DNA of 64,000 nt from a virus. Lineage: Duplodnaviria > Heunggongvirae > Uroviricota > Caudoviricetes. Made by a program: the position numbers and the translations under genes. The notes beneath the pieces are model-generated. The model had not been told where the DNA came from. It saw only the letters and a program-made list of their open reading frames with translations, and searched no databases. Location of the stretch: the IMG/VR virus record IMGVR_UViG_3300045993_000138, one strand, 5' to 3'. Position 1 is the stretch's first letter. Every line of letters starts with the position of its first letter. Shown in pieces: positions 28,988-39,517 of this stretch.

Positions 28988-29247
28988 GGAATAACGAAAT
29001 GTTTCTATTATTTGCTGGTGATGCTTACTACCCATCTGGTGGATGGGGAGATTTTATTCAAGCTTTCGAAACTCTAGAGGGTGCGAAGGAATGGTATGCT
29101 GAAAATCAGCGTGTTGCCGAAGAACAACGTGGATTGGGTTGGAAGCCTAACATGGATTGGAAGCACCGATTTGATTGGGCACAAATTGTGGATACTGAAA
29201 CTATGGAAGAGATTGACTATACTGATGAAAAGCCTTTCAAGGAATAA
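28984..29247 (+). CDS. Hypothetical protein
   Basis: ORF. Confidence 0.35.
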   Translation: MRNNEMFLLFAGDAYYPSGGWGDFIQAFETLEGAKEWYAENQRVAEEQRGLGWKPNMDWKHRFDWAQIVDTETMEEIDYTDEKPFKE

Positions 29248-29248
29248 T

Positions 29249-29626
29249 ATGAATATTCAAGAACGAGTGATGAAGGAACTAGGTGTCGCACTAAAGCAGT
29301 TTGGCACCTATTCATTCGATGACAAGGGACCGAATGAGGTTATGGATCTCAATCCATTCATTGATGAACTTCTCAAGATGCCACGAAAGGATGCTGCCGA
29401 AGCAATCATCAAAATTGCCAATTCAAAGAAGCACAAAGGGCGCGGCTTGACTGTTGCGATGCATCTTGTGCTTGAAATGCAGGATTGTCCTGAACTCTTT
29501 GAGATTGCTGGAATCGATGACATTCTGAATGGTGATCTTCCTAGCAAGCCTCGCAATGTTGAGCCTGTTCGTATCGAATGCATGAATGCGGAAGCTTTTC
29601 TCATGAAGCGTTTTGCGGGGAACTAA
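29249..29626 (+). CDS. Hypothetical protein
   Basis: ATG 29249 (MNIQERV). Confidence 0.35.
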   Translation: MNIQERVMKELGVALKQFGTYSFDDKGPNEVMDLNPFIDELLKMPRKDAAEAIIKIANSKKHKGRGLTVAMHLVLEMQDCPELFEIAGIDDILNGDLPSKPRNVEPVRIECMNAEAFLMKRFAGN

Positions 29627-29853
29627 AATGGATAATGTTAGTATTAACCAAATGTCAATTGCAGAATTGCGACTGACGATGATCACGCAATACAATGTTT
29701 CTCTGATCTTGGATGCCGCAGCAGACCAGTTTGCTAATAAGGCTAGCAGGGATAGTAATGGACAAGTTCTAGAACACTTCTATAAGTATATTTACTTTTC
29801 ATTTCTGACTGGATATCAGGGGGCACAGGAAGTTCAGAAAAAGGTGGAAGAAC

Positions 29854-30162
29854 ATGAAACTAAGTGAACTAAAGGGTATTCTAGAATTATATTCTCCAAC
29901 ACCATCTAATGATCCTCAAGTTGTTGTGAGAATTCAATTACCCTATAGCACCGTTGGTGGTCAGCCATCTATGCCTGTAAAGCAGGTGTATGGCGGTTTC
30001 GATTGGGATCATGGTAAGTTCTTTATTCATACAGAAGAATCACTGACAAAGGCGAATAATGATTTTGCCGAACAGTTCAAGAAACTTCAGGATGATTATG
30101 GTAAGGTGAGTTTTGAGAATCGCAAGCTTAAGAAGCGCATTGCGGAGTTGGAGAAGAAGTAA
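29854..30162 (+). CDS. Hypothetical protein
   Basis: ORF. Confidence 0.35.
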   Translation: MKLSELKGILELYSPTPSNDPQVVVRIQLPYSTVGGQPSMPVKQVYGGFDWDHGKFFIHTEESLTKANNDFAEQFKKLQDDYGKVSFENRKLKKRIAELEKK

Positions 30163-30383
30163 TGAACAGAGAACTCTGTGAAAAGTTATGGAATGATCCA
30201 GAATTCAAACTAATCAGTGGAATTCGTGAGGTTTTAGATTACCACAAGACTTGGAATGGAATGGGTTGGACATACTCTCCTATTCGCCCAGAACGTTATG
30301 TTCCTCTTCTAAAGAAGATCGACACTCGATTAGATGATCTATGTCTCAACTATGGTATTGACAGAAATGGAGATCCGTTGTAA
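30162..30383 (+). CDS. Hypothetical protein
   Basis: ORF. Confidence 0.35.
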   Translation: MNRELCEKLWNDPEFKLISGIREVLDYHKTWNGMGWTYSPIRPERYVPLLKKIDTRLDDLCLNYGIDRNGDPL

Positions 30384-30736
30384 TGAATAACCAAATCTTT
30401 TATCTGATGGACTACAATTGGGAACTTGGTGAACTGGTCAAGGAAAACTCAAAGACTTATAGAATAAGTTGTCATCATCATGGATATGAGAGGGTTGTTC
30501 CAAAAGAGAAGTGTGCTTTTCCAGATGAATCCGTGTGTATTGTTTGGGAAATCTGGAAGGGTGTGAATGGTCGCGGTGGATATAGAGTCGAACGAGAACT
30601 CTATCCAAACAGGCGAGTGAAGGCAAGAAAGATTTCTCGGCAATCTGGTGGTATTGGTAGAATAACAGAACTCACCTACGGAGAGTGTCAGGAAGATGAA
30701 TACGAAAGAGCATATTCTGAGAGACAAGCAAGATGA
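30383..30736 (+). CDS. Hypothetical protein
   Basis: ORF. Confidence 0.35.
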   Translation: MNNQIFYLMDYNWELGELVKENSKTYRISCHHHGYERVVPKEKCAFPDESVCIVWEIWKGVNGRGGYRVERELYPNRRVKARKISRQSGGIGRITELTYGECQEDEYERAYSERQAR

Positions 30737-31023
30737 ATAAGATTGTGAGTGAACGAATCGAAAGGCTCATGCGCGAATCTGGTGGCGATTATATGGTCAC
30801 ATTCGACAATGAGGAAGATAATGAAATGGGCAAGGTGGTATCTGTTGACTTTGATCCACCAGAAACTTTCGATAAATTCACAGGATCACTTGTCCGCGCA
30901 GTCCTAATGGAAGTCGAGAAGTATAACGAATCTGTCGAGAATCTTGGTGAGGTTTTCTCCTTCTATGACTGTATTCAGTATGTGATGCCGAAGTTTATTG
31001 ATTTTATGGAGTATGAAGAATAA
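30733..31023 (+). CDS. Hypothetical protein
   Basis: ORF. Confidence 0.35.
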   Translation: MNKIVSERIERLMRESGGDYMVTFDNEEDNEMGKVVSVDFDPPETFDKFTGSLVRAVLMEVEKYNESVENLGEVFSFYDCIQYVMPKFIDFMEYEE

Positions 31024-31418
31024 TGGGAACTAATTATTACGTCGCAAACAATTACTGCGACTGTTGCAAGAGATATGATGAAATGCATATCGGCAAGAGT
31101 TCTGGTGGATGGGCATTCTCTTTCAGAGGATACAAGTATCCTGCTGCTGCCGAATACGCTGATATCGATTCTTGGAAAAAGTGGAAGGAATTTCTGAAAG
31201 ACAAGAAGATTGTCGATGAATATGGAGACACTATTGATTATGTAGATTTCGTAAATCTAATCGAAACTGTGAAGTCTCCAACCTTTGTGAATGATATGGG
31301 TCGAAAGAATAAGACTCACAATGAAGAGGGTAGAAAGGAATTTCCAAGATGGTTTGATTCCAGTTACGATTGGGATGATGAATATGGCTATAGTTTTTCT
31401 AGTAGGGAGTTTTCATAA
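31023..31418 (+). CDS. Hypothetical Cys-rich protein
   Basis: CDCCKRYDEMH motif. Confidence 0.35.
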   Translation: MGTNYYVANNYCDCCKRYDEMHIGKSSGGWAFSFRGYKYPAAAEYADIDSWKKWKEFLKDKKIVDEYGDTIDYVDFVNLIETVKSPTFVNDMGRKNKTHNEEGRKEFPRWFDSSYDWDDEYGYSFSSREFS

Positions 31419-31603
31419 TGGGTAGGGGCGTATTATTGTTTCTTTTGGTTGCCACGTTGTTTTATGTGGGAATCGGCGCGTTCCGTCATCTGACTGGAAT
31501 GGAGAAGTTGGCAGTCACAAAGACTGTTTTGTATTCGGCATTCTGTAGCTTACTGGCTGCTATTGTGCTGTATTTCGTTGTTGTTTTGTTCTAAGAGGTT
31601 TAT

Positions 31604-32410
31604 ATGAGTAAGTTTATGAAGATTGCTGCTGTCGTTGCTCTCGCGAGTTTCGCAGTGGGTTGTGCGCGAGTTGAGACTGGTGAGATTGGTCTGCGAATCG
31701 GTTTCGATAAGCAGGTAAAGAAGGAAGAACTGCAACCCGGATCTTTCAATCAGGAGTTCATTGGTGATGTTCTGCTATTCCCTGTAAAGGAAATTGCTCT
31801 GCATGTTGACAAGCTGATGCCACAGACTCTCGACAAGTCCACACTTGCTGGTCTTGACTTCACTGTGATCTATTCGATCAATCCAAGTGCCGCGTATGAA
31901 CTGTATACTACAAAGAGTCACAGTCTGCATGGCACGGATGACAAGGGTAATACATTCCTGATGTATAACTATCTGTCTACCGTAGCGAATAGCGCAGCAT
32001 ACAAGTCGATTGCGAAGTATGAGGCACTACAGACCACAAACCATCGTGCTGAGATTGAGGCTGATATCAAGAATTTCATGGCAGAAGCACTGCATAATGA
32101 ACATCTAGATACTGCAATTATTCTAAGTCAGGTTCAGGTTCGTAATATTCAGCCAGCGGCAAGTATCATCGAAAGTGCGAATGCCGTAATCACACAGCAG
32201 AATGCTCTGCGTGCGAAGCAGGTTGAAGTGCAGACTGCGGTTGCCGAAGCGCAGCGTTTGAAGGAACTTGCTGGTAATCCTCAGTCGATTGAATACATGC
32301 ACGCAAAGGCATTGCAGGATATTGCCGAGGGTGTCAAGACTGGTAAGGTTCACACAATTGTGGTTCCTTATGATTTTCGCGGCATAATTTCCGTTCCTAC
32401 TAAGCAGTAA
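31604..32410 (+). CDS. SPFH/band-7 (stomatin/HflK-like) domain lipoprotein
   Basis: Signal peptide with lipobox FAVGC. GEIGLRIGFDKQV is an SPFH-like N-terminal beta-region, followed by a C-terminal helical region rich in A/Q/E. Confidence 0.5.
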   Translation: MSKFMKIAAVVALASFAVGCARVETGEIGLRIGFDKQVKKEELQPGSFNQEFIGDVLLFPVKEIALHVDKLMPQTLDKSTLAGLDFTVIYSINPSAAYELYTTKSHSLHGTDDKGNTFLMYNYLSTVANSAAYKSIAKYEALQTTNHRAEIEADIKNFMAEALHNEHLDTAIILSQVQVRNIQPAASIIESANAVITQQNALRAKQVEVQTAVAEAQRLKELAGNPQSIEYMHAKALQDIAEGVKTGKVHTIVVPYDFRGIISVPTKQ

Positions 32411-32748
32411 CATGAGTTGGGGGTGGGAAACCACCTCCATTTTACTATGAATAAACGTCTACAAAAACTAGCTAAAGAAGCTATGGATTATTCCAGAGGT
32501 TGGTTTAGTCAGGACAAGTATCGACACGTTGAAGACATGTTTAACGCAAAGTTCGCAGAACTGATCGTCAGAGACGCAATGGACTACGCTTCTCGCAATT
32601 GGGAAAACGGACATCTTCTTGCAGAAGATCTTAGAATACATTTTGGAATTGAGTGATGATGACATTAATCATATTGTTGTTACCGTGGATCTGGGTATTT
32701 ACACTACCTTTACCTCCAAAGAATGGACCATATTTTCGCGGAGATTGA

Positions 32749-33042
32749 ATGATGAAAGTTTTAGATGAAGATGTATTAAAGGATGTTCTGACCAATATCG
32801 TCAGAAATGCCAACGAAGAACTTTATGCCTGTAAGCAGGAAGATTTAGAAAGATATTGGTTCTATCGTCGCGATTCATCTAAGTCGAACGAATGGAATCT
32901 ATATAAGTTCAGCGATTGTTTGGAACTTTACAAGAAAAAGTGCCGTCAATGGGAAGAACATCATAATGGTGGATGTTGTGTTGTTGAAAGGGTCCGCGAC
33001 CAATATCTAATGCCGAAGATCAAAGAGTTTTTAGCGGAATAG
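32749..33042 (+). CDS. Hypothetical protein
   Basis: ORF. Confidence 0.35.
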   Translation: MMKVLDEDVLKDVLTNIVRNANEELYACKQEDLERYWFYRRDSSKSNEWNLYKFSDCLELYKKKCRQWEEHHNGGCCVVERVRDQYLMPKIKEFLAE

Positions 33043-33046
33043 TGAA

Positions 33047-33328
33047 ATGATTTTACCAGTTGATTACACAAAACTCACTGCCGACAAACGAAGGGCAGTC
33101 AGAGAAGAATACGTAAAGACGCAGAACGGTCTGTGCTATTGGTGTAAGGCACCACTAGACAAGGATCCTCCTGTTGAAATCAGAAACAATCTGATTGATT
33201 GGAGACTCTTTCCACCAAACTTTCTAAAGTATCCAGTGCATCTACAACACAATCACAATACTGGAATGACAGAGGGTGCAGTTCATGCATACTGTAATGC
33301 CGTAATGTGGCAGTATCACAAGAGGTAG
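33047..33328 (+). CDS. Recombination endonuclease VII family (T4 gp49-like) Holliday-junction/branch nuclease
   Basis: CYWCKAPLD ... HLQHNHNTGMTEGAVHAYCN matches the Endo VII Zn-binding and H-N-H-like catalytic core (C.IC...DHDH.TG.VRG.LC..CN). Confidence 0.55.
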   Translation: MILPVDYTKLTADKRRAVREEYVKTQNGLCYWCKAPLDKDPPVEIRNNLIDWRLFPPNFLKYPVHLQHNHNTGMTEGAVHAYCNAVMWQYHKR

Positions 33329-33332
33329 TATC

Positions 33333-33572
33333 ATGGAAGTCTATGGTATTCAATATAGGATGAATCAGGCTACTTTCGAAAAAGATGTTTTCGTGACTGT
33401 CAGAATTTCACCATCTTATCTAGATGAAATAAAGTTTTTTGACGATGAAAATAAAAGAGAGACTTATACAATGCTAGGTCAAGAACTTTGCGAATCTATC
33501 GATAATTTGAGATATCGTTATGATAAATTACAGGAGAAGATGAATGATTCTACAAAACCAGATCAGGTGTAA
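33333..33572 (+). CDS. Hypothetical protein
   Basis: ORF. Confidence 0.3.
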   Translation: MEVYGIQYRMNQATFEKDVFVTVRISPSYLDEIKFFDDENKRETYTMLGQELCESIDNLRYRYDKLQEKMNDSTKPDQV

Positions 33573-33840
33573 CAAGTGTGGTGATGAACCATTCTCGGCG
33601 CATCGTCATGACTTCAAGTTTTGCAAGTGCGGAGCGGTTGCAGTTGACGGTGGCATGGACTACCTACGTCGAGTTGGTGAAGTTCACGGTGGCTACACAG
33701 ACATGTCTTATGAACTGGACGATGCCATTGTGAAGGAATGTAATGATGCAATCCAGTGGGCACAGGATACTGGACGCAACAATCTAGGAACACTTTGTGC
33801 TGTGCTGAGAGTCATGAACAAGCATGGGAAACTAGCATGA
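33544..33840 (+). CDS. Hypothetical zinc-ribbon protein
   Basis: CNKCG...CKCG. Confidence 0.3.
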   Translation: MILQNQIRCNKCGDEPFSAHRHDFKFCKCGAVAVDGGMDYLRRVGEVHGGYTDMSYELDDAIVKECNDAIQWAQDTGRNNLGTLCAVLRVMNKHGKLA

Positions 33841-34085
33841 ATGAGTTCATTGAAAGAGTGATAGTTCAGCTATTCGCTGTATTCATGTATTCCACGATTC
33901 ACAATTTTTGGGGACTCGGCATGACAGAATCTATTCTTGCCGTCATCCTTTGGGAGTTATTGAACATTGGATATACTCTGACAAAGATCAGACAGAAGGG
34001 CATTCCAAGAGCAAAAGACAAGTATTACGAGGAAGAATGAAGTTTCTATCTCGTAAGTCCTTGATTCTTTTGTAATTTATACATC

Positions 34086-34113
34086 TTGACTTTCCTGCCC
34101 CAAATGCTATAAT
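34086..34113 (+). promoter_or_regulatory. Conserved promoter-leader cassette A, second copy
   Basis: TTGACTTTCCTGCCCCAAATGCTATAATGG followed by GGTTAGGAGATTGATGTG. Confidence 0.5.
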
Positions 34114-34137
34114 GGATCATAAGGTTAGGAGATTGAT

Positions 34138-34341
34138 GTGATTCTTCGCGGCAAGTCCCAAGTTGGCAAAAATCGAATTCGTGAACTAGGTTCCGAATGG
34201 GTTATTGTGCGCGAGAGTGACAATCTTCTGTTCAATCTTTCCAGCGGTCCCGCATGGCTCTTGCAGCCAGTCGGACAGAATAGCGAAAAGTCTCGTTGGG
34301 TTTTCAAGAACAACGATCCTCATTTTGAAGTGGTGCAATAA
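34138..34341 (+). CDS. Small hypothetical protein (GTG start)
   Basis: First gene after the cassette A copy. Confidence 0.35.
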   Translation: MILRGKSQVGKNRIRELGSEWVIVRESDNLLFNLSSGPAWLLQPVGQNSEKSRWVFKNNDPHFEVVQ

Positions 34342-34509
34342 TGTATAATGGTCGAATGAAGGTTTGGTGCCCGTCTTGCAAGGAATACATTCCTGCAAAG
34401 AAGGCGAAGTATATCAACATCGAAGAAGGTGATCGTGGTCAGGACGTTGTGACTTTCGATTGCAAAATCTGCAATGCGAAGTCTGTCAAGGGTCAGGTAG
34501 TTTCCTAAA

Positions 34510-34767
34510 ATGACTGTCACTGTTTCTGTCAATATCATTTCTAGTTCCAGCAAGGAAATTCGGGACGAGATTAATCGTCTGGAAATCTTTACTGAAACTC
34601 TCAAGAAAGAATTGGCGCGTCGCATCGATGGCGACTGTTTCAAGTATGGATTTCTCACCAATTATGGTTATCGTGGATATGATACTTTTGCCGAAGCCGC
34701 TAAGGCTGCACAAGAGTATTATAACGATCCAGATGGTGGATATAATGTTGTGAAGGTATATCTGTGA
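34510..34767 (+). CDS. Hypothetical protein
   Basis: ORF. Confidence 0.35.
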   Translation: MTVTVSVNIISSSSKEIRDEINRLEIFTETLKKELARRIDGDCFKYGFLTNYGYRGYDTFAEAAKAAQEYYNDPDGGYNVVKVYL

Positions 34768-35153
34768 AGTATTACGAAGTCTGCCCGTCCTGCGGTGGAA
34801 ATCCTGAAATGGATGAAGATGGTAACTATTACACTTGTTTCGCATGTTGCGATACTGGTGCTGTTGCCGTCGAAGAGACTTACGAGGAAACCATTTCCCG
34901 TGAACTACAGGAATCGTATGGCGAATATGCTAATGAAAACTATGGCACTCTGACGCATCGTTTTGTTTGTCATCACGATGTTGTCGAACTTCGCGATTGC
35001 CGCAATAATATGGAAGCATTTCGAATTGTCAACGAACAGTTGAATCCTTCGAAATATTATGGTTTGGGTAATTGGGTTCTGAGTGAAAATCCCGATCTTT
35101 GGGAGTTTTATTGGGTGGATCACGATTTTTGTGGTGAACAGAATGATTACTGA
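34764..35153 (+). CDS. Hypothetical Cys-rich protein
   Basis: CPSCGG...CFACCD. Confidence 0.35.
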   Translation: MKYYEVCPSCGGNPEMDEDGNYYTCFACCDTGAVAVEETYEETISRELQESYGEYANENYGTLTHRFVCHHDVVELRDCRNNMEAFRIVNEQLNPSKYYGLGNWVLSENPDLWEFYWVDHDFCGEQNDY

Positions 35154-35300
35154 TTATGAAACTCGCTGGCTCGCTATCTGTAACGAAGCGATTCGGCTGG
35201 ATAACAAGTCCACTGGTCTTCTGATTGAATACCGCAGCCTACAGGCACTCAGTATTGCACAGATGATCGACAAAGGTTTAATTCAGAAGGGTATGAGAAA

Positions 35301-35858
35301 GTGATGAATAAGTTTTCTACTACAAAGATGTTTCGTACTGCCGTCATGGTAGTTGCTGCTATCATGGCAGAATCGACGGCATTCGCAGAGGATAACATTT
35401 CTCACTTCGATCCGAATCAGACTCCATTCGATTCCCCACAGGAAGCTGCTGTCGAAGCACTTCACAATATTCTATCATTAGATCAGAAGATCGAACATTC
35501 TGGTGTGGTTTTCGAGTTCCGTGGGAATTTCTACTACACACTTCCTGCTACGAGTGGTCGCGGCAACAAGACGCGAGTACAGATTGCATATCCGCAGGGA
35601 GCTAAGATCGTTGCTCTCTATCACAATCATCCCCGTCCTATTGGGAATGATCGTGATCTAACGATGCTCTTTAGTGCGCTAGATGTTTCGACTGCGGATG
35701 ATCTTCATGCCGACTCATACATCTATGTGCAGAGTACTGGTGAGATTCGTGAATATTCTCCCGGCACCGACAAGCATGAAACTAAGACGATCCTGTATCA
35801 TGTCACCAATGGCGATGTTGCTGACGGACATTTTGTACAAACTCTCGCTTCCAAGTAA
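35301..35858 (+). CDS. Secreted hypothetical protein (signal peptide)
   Basis: N-terminal signal peptide ending AFAED. HNHP...SALD motif reminiscent of a JAB/MPN-like metal site (weak). Confidence 0.35.
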   Translation: MMNKFSTTKMFRTAVMVVAAIMAESTAFAEDNISHFDPNQTPFDSPQEAAVEALHNILSLDQKIEHSGVVFEFRGNFYYTLPATSGRGNKTRVQIAYPQGAKIVALYHNHPRPIGNDRDLTMLFSALDVSTADDLHADSYIYVQSTGEIREYSPGTDKHETKTILYHVTNGDVADGHFVQTLASK

Positions 35859-35871
35859 GGAGAATGAGAAA

Positions 35872-36135
35872 GTGAAGATTCTAGAAACATATTGGTTCAT
35901 TGGCGGCGGCATTGTTCGCGTCCAGACAGATTACGAAGGTATCAAGTATTATATCCGTGGATATGGCAGTCATGCTGCTGGTATCTCACAGGACTATGAC
36001 GCAGAATATATCGCAAATTGGGGTTCCACATTCCCAAAGGCTGCGGGTGACGCACTTTTCGGTATGACTGATACTTCATTAATTTCTTCTAATGATGAAG
36101 ATCTCCCATCAATTCTAAAGTATCAGGCAGAGTAA
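35872..36135 (+). CDS. Hypothetical protein (GTG start after AAGGAG)
   Basis: Trimmed from the track ORF at 35683. Confidence 0.3.
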   Translation: MKILETYWFIGGGIVRVQTDYEGIKYYIRGYGSHAAGISQDYDAEYIANWGSTFPKAAGDALFGMTDTSLISSNDEDLPSILKYQAE

Positions 36136-36136
36136 T

Positions 36137-36436
36137 ATGAAGACGATTCACAAGTATAAGCTCGGTGATTACGCACATGCGAACATCGTTGAAATGCCTG
36201 AGTACGCAGAAGTTCTCACGGCACAAATGAAGGATGGTGATATTCACATTTGGGCATTGTTTGAAACTATGTACGGTGATTTTCCATATCCAGAGGACAA
36301 GGTTGTGAAGCGTAGGTTTCACATCTATGGAACTGGTTGGGAAATTTCAGATACAGCATATAACCTAAACACATTGAAGTACATTGCGACCGTTCAGACC
36401 GAAGGGTATGTTTGGCACGTTTTTGAGGAAGTTTGA
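36137..36436 (+). CDS. Hypothetical protein
   Basis: ORF. Confidence 0.35.
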   Translation: MKTIHKYKLGDYAHANIVEMPEYAEVLTAQMKDGDIHIWALFETMYGDFPYPEDKVVKRRFHIYGTGWEISDTAYNLNTLKYIATVQTEGYVWHVFEEV

Positions 36437-36658
36437 TATGAGTAAGAATGATTTCTCTGTGACTCACGCAGTCCAGATTTGGCACATTGATGGATACGGC
36501 TATCAGATTCAGACAGATGAAACTGGTAGTGCCGTCGAAATTCTCTATTGTGAAGATAACTTCAAGAACTTCAAGACCATTGGTGTGAATCTTCTAATGC
36601 AGAAGGATTTGGCACTTTCCGTTGCTGATGCCATTCGTGAAATTGCGAGTAAGCTATA

Positions 36659-36982
36659 ATGCGTGCGGATGAATCATTCTATGGTAATCCAAACGAACTC
36701 TCTGAATCCGCGAAGGGTAAGTATTGTGTGGACTGTGTTCATCATTCGTATGAACCAGCAGTAGCAGGAAATCCAGAAGAACGAATTTATTCTATTGCAG
36801 AACGACACATTTGTAATCGTAAGGGTCCATCATTTATCAGTAACATTACTGGTGAAACAATTTATGAAAATATCGATACATCTTGCCACGATCAAAGACA
36901 TGGGACTGGTAAGTATCATTGTGAAGAAGGTGGTAAGTATTTCGTAAGAAAGCAGGTTGACGAGAAAGGAAGTTTGAAATGA
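36659..36982 (+). CDS. Hypothetical Cys/His-rich protein
   Basis: CVDCVHH...CNRKG...CHDQRH...HCEEGG. Confidence 0.35.
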   Translation: MRADESFYGNPNELSESAKGKYCVDCVHHSYEPAVAGNPEERIYSIAERHICNRKGPSFISNITGETIYENIDTSCHDQRHGTGKYHCEEGGKYFVRKQVDEKGSLK

Positions 36983-37381
36983 GTGGTCGCAAACTTATGA
37001 TGCTTCTTTCTGTTGAAATCGGTGATTACGATGAATTAGCCAAGGGAGTCAAAGGTGACTATCCAGAATGGTCTGATTATGAAATCGACGCTTATCTAAG
37101 AGATCCAGAAACTTGGAGAGAATCAAGTTATGATTATTACGCAACAGAATTATACAGCATTGAAGTAAAGGATATTTGAAATGAAAGATCTAAAGGAAGC
37201 GATTGAGATTCTGTTGAAATATATTCCAGAAGGCGAATATGCTGGAACAGAAGCAGAACATGATATGATCTATCTGTCTGGTCCTGCGCCAGAGGATATC
37301 TCACCAGAAGATGTCGATAGACTGGATGCACTCAATGCCTACTATGACGAAAGTTTTGATTCTTGGGTAATGTATACCTGA

Positions 37382-37735
37382 TTGGAGAATGAAGTGGGCA
37401 TTTCAATAAATTTCTATACCGTATACGGAATCAAGATCAAGGGATACCCCAAGGATTTCACTGAGGCATACGATGAAGTTTATGATGACAAAGATACTCC
37501 ATTTGTCATCTGTGATGGAATGTGTGGAGAGTATGTCATCCTTGGCGTAAAACTTTTCGATTCTGGTGATGCGCGATGGGGATTTGAGAACGGCGATGAT
37601 TTCAAGGAAATTGACATTGCCGATCTTTCAAGGCTGGAATCCGAATACAAGAATCAGTTTCTCGCAAAGTTTCCAGAGTTTGGGCATCTATTGAATCCCG
37701 AATTCAAGTTGATGACTTTGGCATATTATAGTTGA
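37382..37735 (+). CDS. Hypothetical protein
   Basis: ORF. Confidence 0.3.
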   Translation: MENEVGISINFYTVYGIKIKGYPKDFTEAYDEVYDDKDTPFVICDGMCGEYVILGVKLFDSGDARWGFENGDDFKEIDIADLSRLESEYKNQFLAKFPEFGHLLNPEFKLMTLAYYS

Positions 37736-37742
37736 GGTTTAT

Positions 37743-38006
37743 ATGAAGTTTACGAAAGAATATTTGCTGGATCTACTAGATGGTGAAGTTGGTGATGGTG
37801 TTGTCATGGAAGATGATGTTTCACACAAGACTCGCTGGAGTCTCTGCTATCGAATGGTTTTCAAGCACGAAGATAAGTTCTATGTCACACGATATTCTAT
37901 TGGTGCCACAGAGTCGCAGGATGAAAGTCCATACGAATATGAAGATGATGAAATCGAATGTAAGGAAGTCTTCCCAAAGGAAGTCACGGTAACAGTTTAT
38001 GAATAA
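37743..38006 (+). CDS. Hypothetical acidic protein
   Basis: ORF. Confidence 0.3.
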   Translation: MKFTKEYLLDLLDGEVGDGVVMEDDVSHKTRWSLCYRMVFKHEDKFYVTRYSIGATESQDESPYEYEDDEIECKEVFPKEVTVTVYE

Positions 38007-38218
38007 TAACACTCCAAAGCTTACCCGCCGACAGGCAGCAATCATTGGTGCATTCACTGGATGCACCAGTGGTCCGTTTGATGATATCAAGGCATATGTA
38101 GAAAGTCTCCCAAACATGCGCGGAGTCGGTGACATTTGGATGAGCCAGAATTTCAAGCAGATTCAGAAAGCAGCAGAGGCTGACTTTCTTGCAATCTGTG
38201 CAAATAAGGAAGATGAAT

Positions 38219-38773
38219 ATGACCTCTAAATCAGAATGGGCACCAGAACCTAGCATTGAAGAAATGCTAAAGGTGGGTCGCGGAAACGGACTCACCACAC
38301 TACTTGAGGCGTTCGATTCGTATACTGGATGTTCAGATGCCTATCTGTTCTTCGATATGGCGAACTATTCAAACCAATACGCATGGCTGATTTCTCAGAT
38401 TGCCAAGAAGGGTTGGGTTGTTCCAGTCGAATCTAATGACATGTATGATGTAACTGTCGATATTGATCCGACTATCACCATTGCACAGTGTATGGAAGAT
38501 ATTGGAATGACTTGGAGAGAGTTTCAGCTTCCACCGAGGCAGTATGCCCGTGTGAAGTTTGTGTGCGATGAAGAATCTCGTAAGTATTATCCATTTGATA
38601 GAGAAGAAACCTTTATTTACCTTGGTGAGATTCCAAACATGAAAGGTCATTGTATTGTTGTTTCTGATAAGGACAAGCAGATTCACATTGGATTCCATAT
38701 TTCAAATTTCGTAGAATGGGATGATGAAGAGGCACTGATTTTCAGTGACACCATTCCACTTGGGGATGAATGA
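38219..38773 (+). CDS. Hypothetical protein
   Basis: Trimmed to ATG 38219. Confidence 0.35.
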   Translation: MTSKSEWAPEPSIEEMLKVGRGNGLTTLLEAFDSYTGCSDAYLFFDMANYSNQYAWLISQIAKKGWVVPVESNDMYDVTVDIDPTITIAQCMEDIGMTWREFQLPPRQYARVKFVCDEESRKYYPFDREETFIYLGEIPNMKGHCIVVSDKDKQIHIGFHISNFVEWDDEEALIFSDTIPLGDE

Positions 38774-39517
38774 ATGAACAAATACTGTAAGATTCACGGT
38801 GATACACTGGAAGAACGATTCGACAATGATATGAAGATCGTTTTGGTCTGTGTACATTGTCAGCTTGACGAGGCGAATGCTGAGTTGCTGAGAATTCACA
38901 ATGCAGTGGAAGAACAGTATGTAATAACACACCGCATTTCGTGTGAACGCAATCATGCTCACGCACAACTTGATGAGGCGCGATATCTTGCAGTCCACCG
39001 CCTCGCTATGTACGAGCAACGCGAATCCCTGATCCGAGACTTGCAGAAGGCATGTGGAGTCGCAGAGCGCGAGCGCGATGAAGCGCGTGCGGAGTTGGCG
39101 AAGGTGTGGGCGATGTTTACGGAACGGGCGGCTGACAATAACGCCCTCCGCGCCGCGATTGAGGCGCATAACGCGAAGGTGCGTCGGCACATTGGTGAGG
39201 GCTGGCATGGCACCGACTACTGGCTTATCCCCCTGCCGTCTGCCGCCGCGCAATACGGCACAGATGACGCATTTGTATGCACGCCGTCTCCTATGCCCGC
39301 TGCGCCCGAACACAAGCCAACGTGTGCCGTGTTCAAGGGGGTTGGCTCCATGAACTACGGAGAGTTCATCACGCCGCCGTGTGACTGCGCCGCGCCCGAG
39401 GTAGACGAGAACGGCGTTCCGCAGCGGTTCCGTGACGCGCTGAAGTCTCAGCCTCGCACCGCGTTTCAACGGTATGTCGATGAACTGCCGCCAATTACTG
39501 GAGAAGATAATGAGTGA
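38774..39517 (+). CDS. Hypothetical protein with N-terminal Cys motif and GC-rich, Ala/Arg-rich C-terminal two-thirds
   Basis: CKIHGD...CVHCQ. From ~38990 the codon usage switches to GCG/CGC/GCC-rich. Confidence 0.4.
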   Translation: MNKYCKIHGDTLEERFDNDMKIVLVCVHCQLDEANAELLRIHNAVEEQYVITHRISCERNHAHAQLDEARYLAVHRLAMYEQRESLIRDLQKACGVAERERDEARAELAKVWAMFTERAADNNALRAAIEAHNAKVRRHIGEGWHGTDYWLIPLPSAAAQYGTDDAFVCTPSPMPAAPEHKPTCAVFKGVGSMNYGEFITPPCDCAAPEVDENGVPQRFRDALKSQPRTAFQRYVDELPPITGEDNE

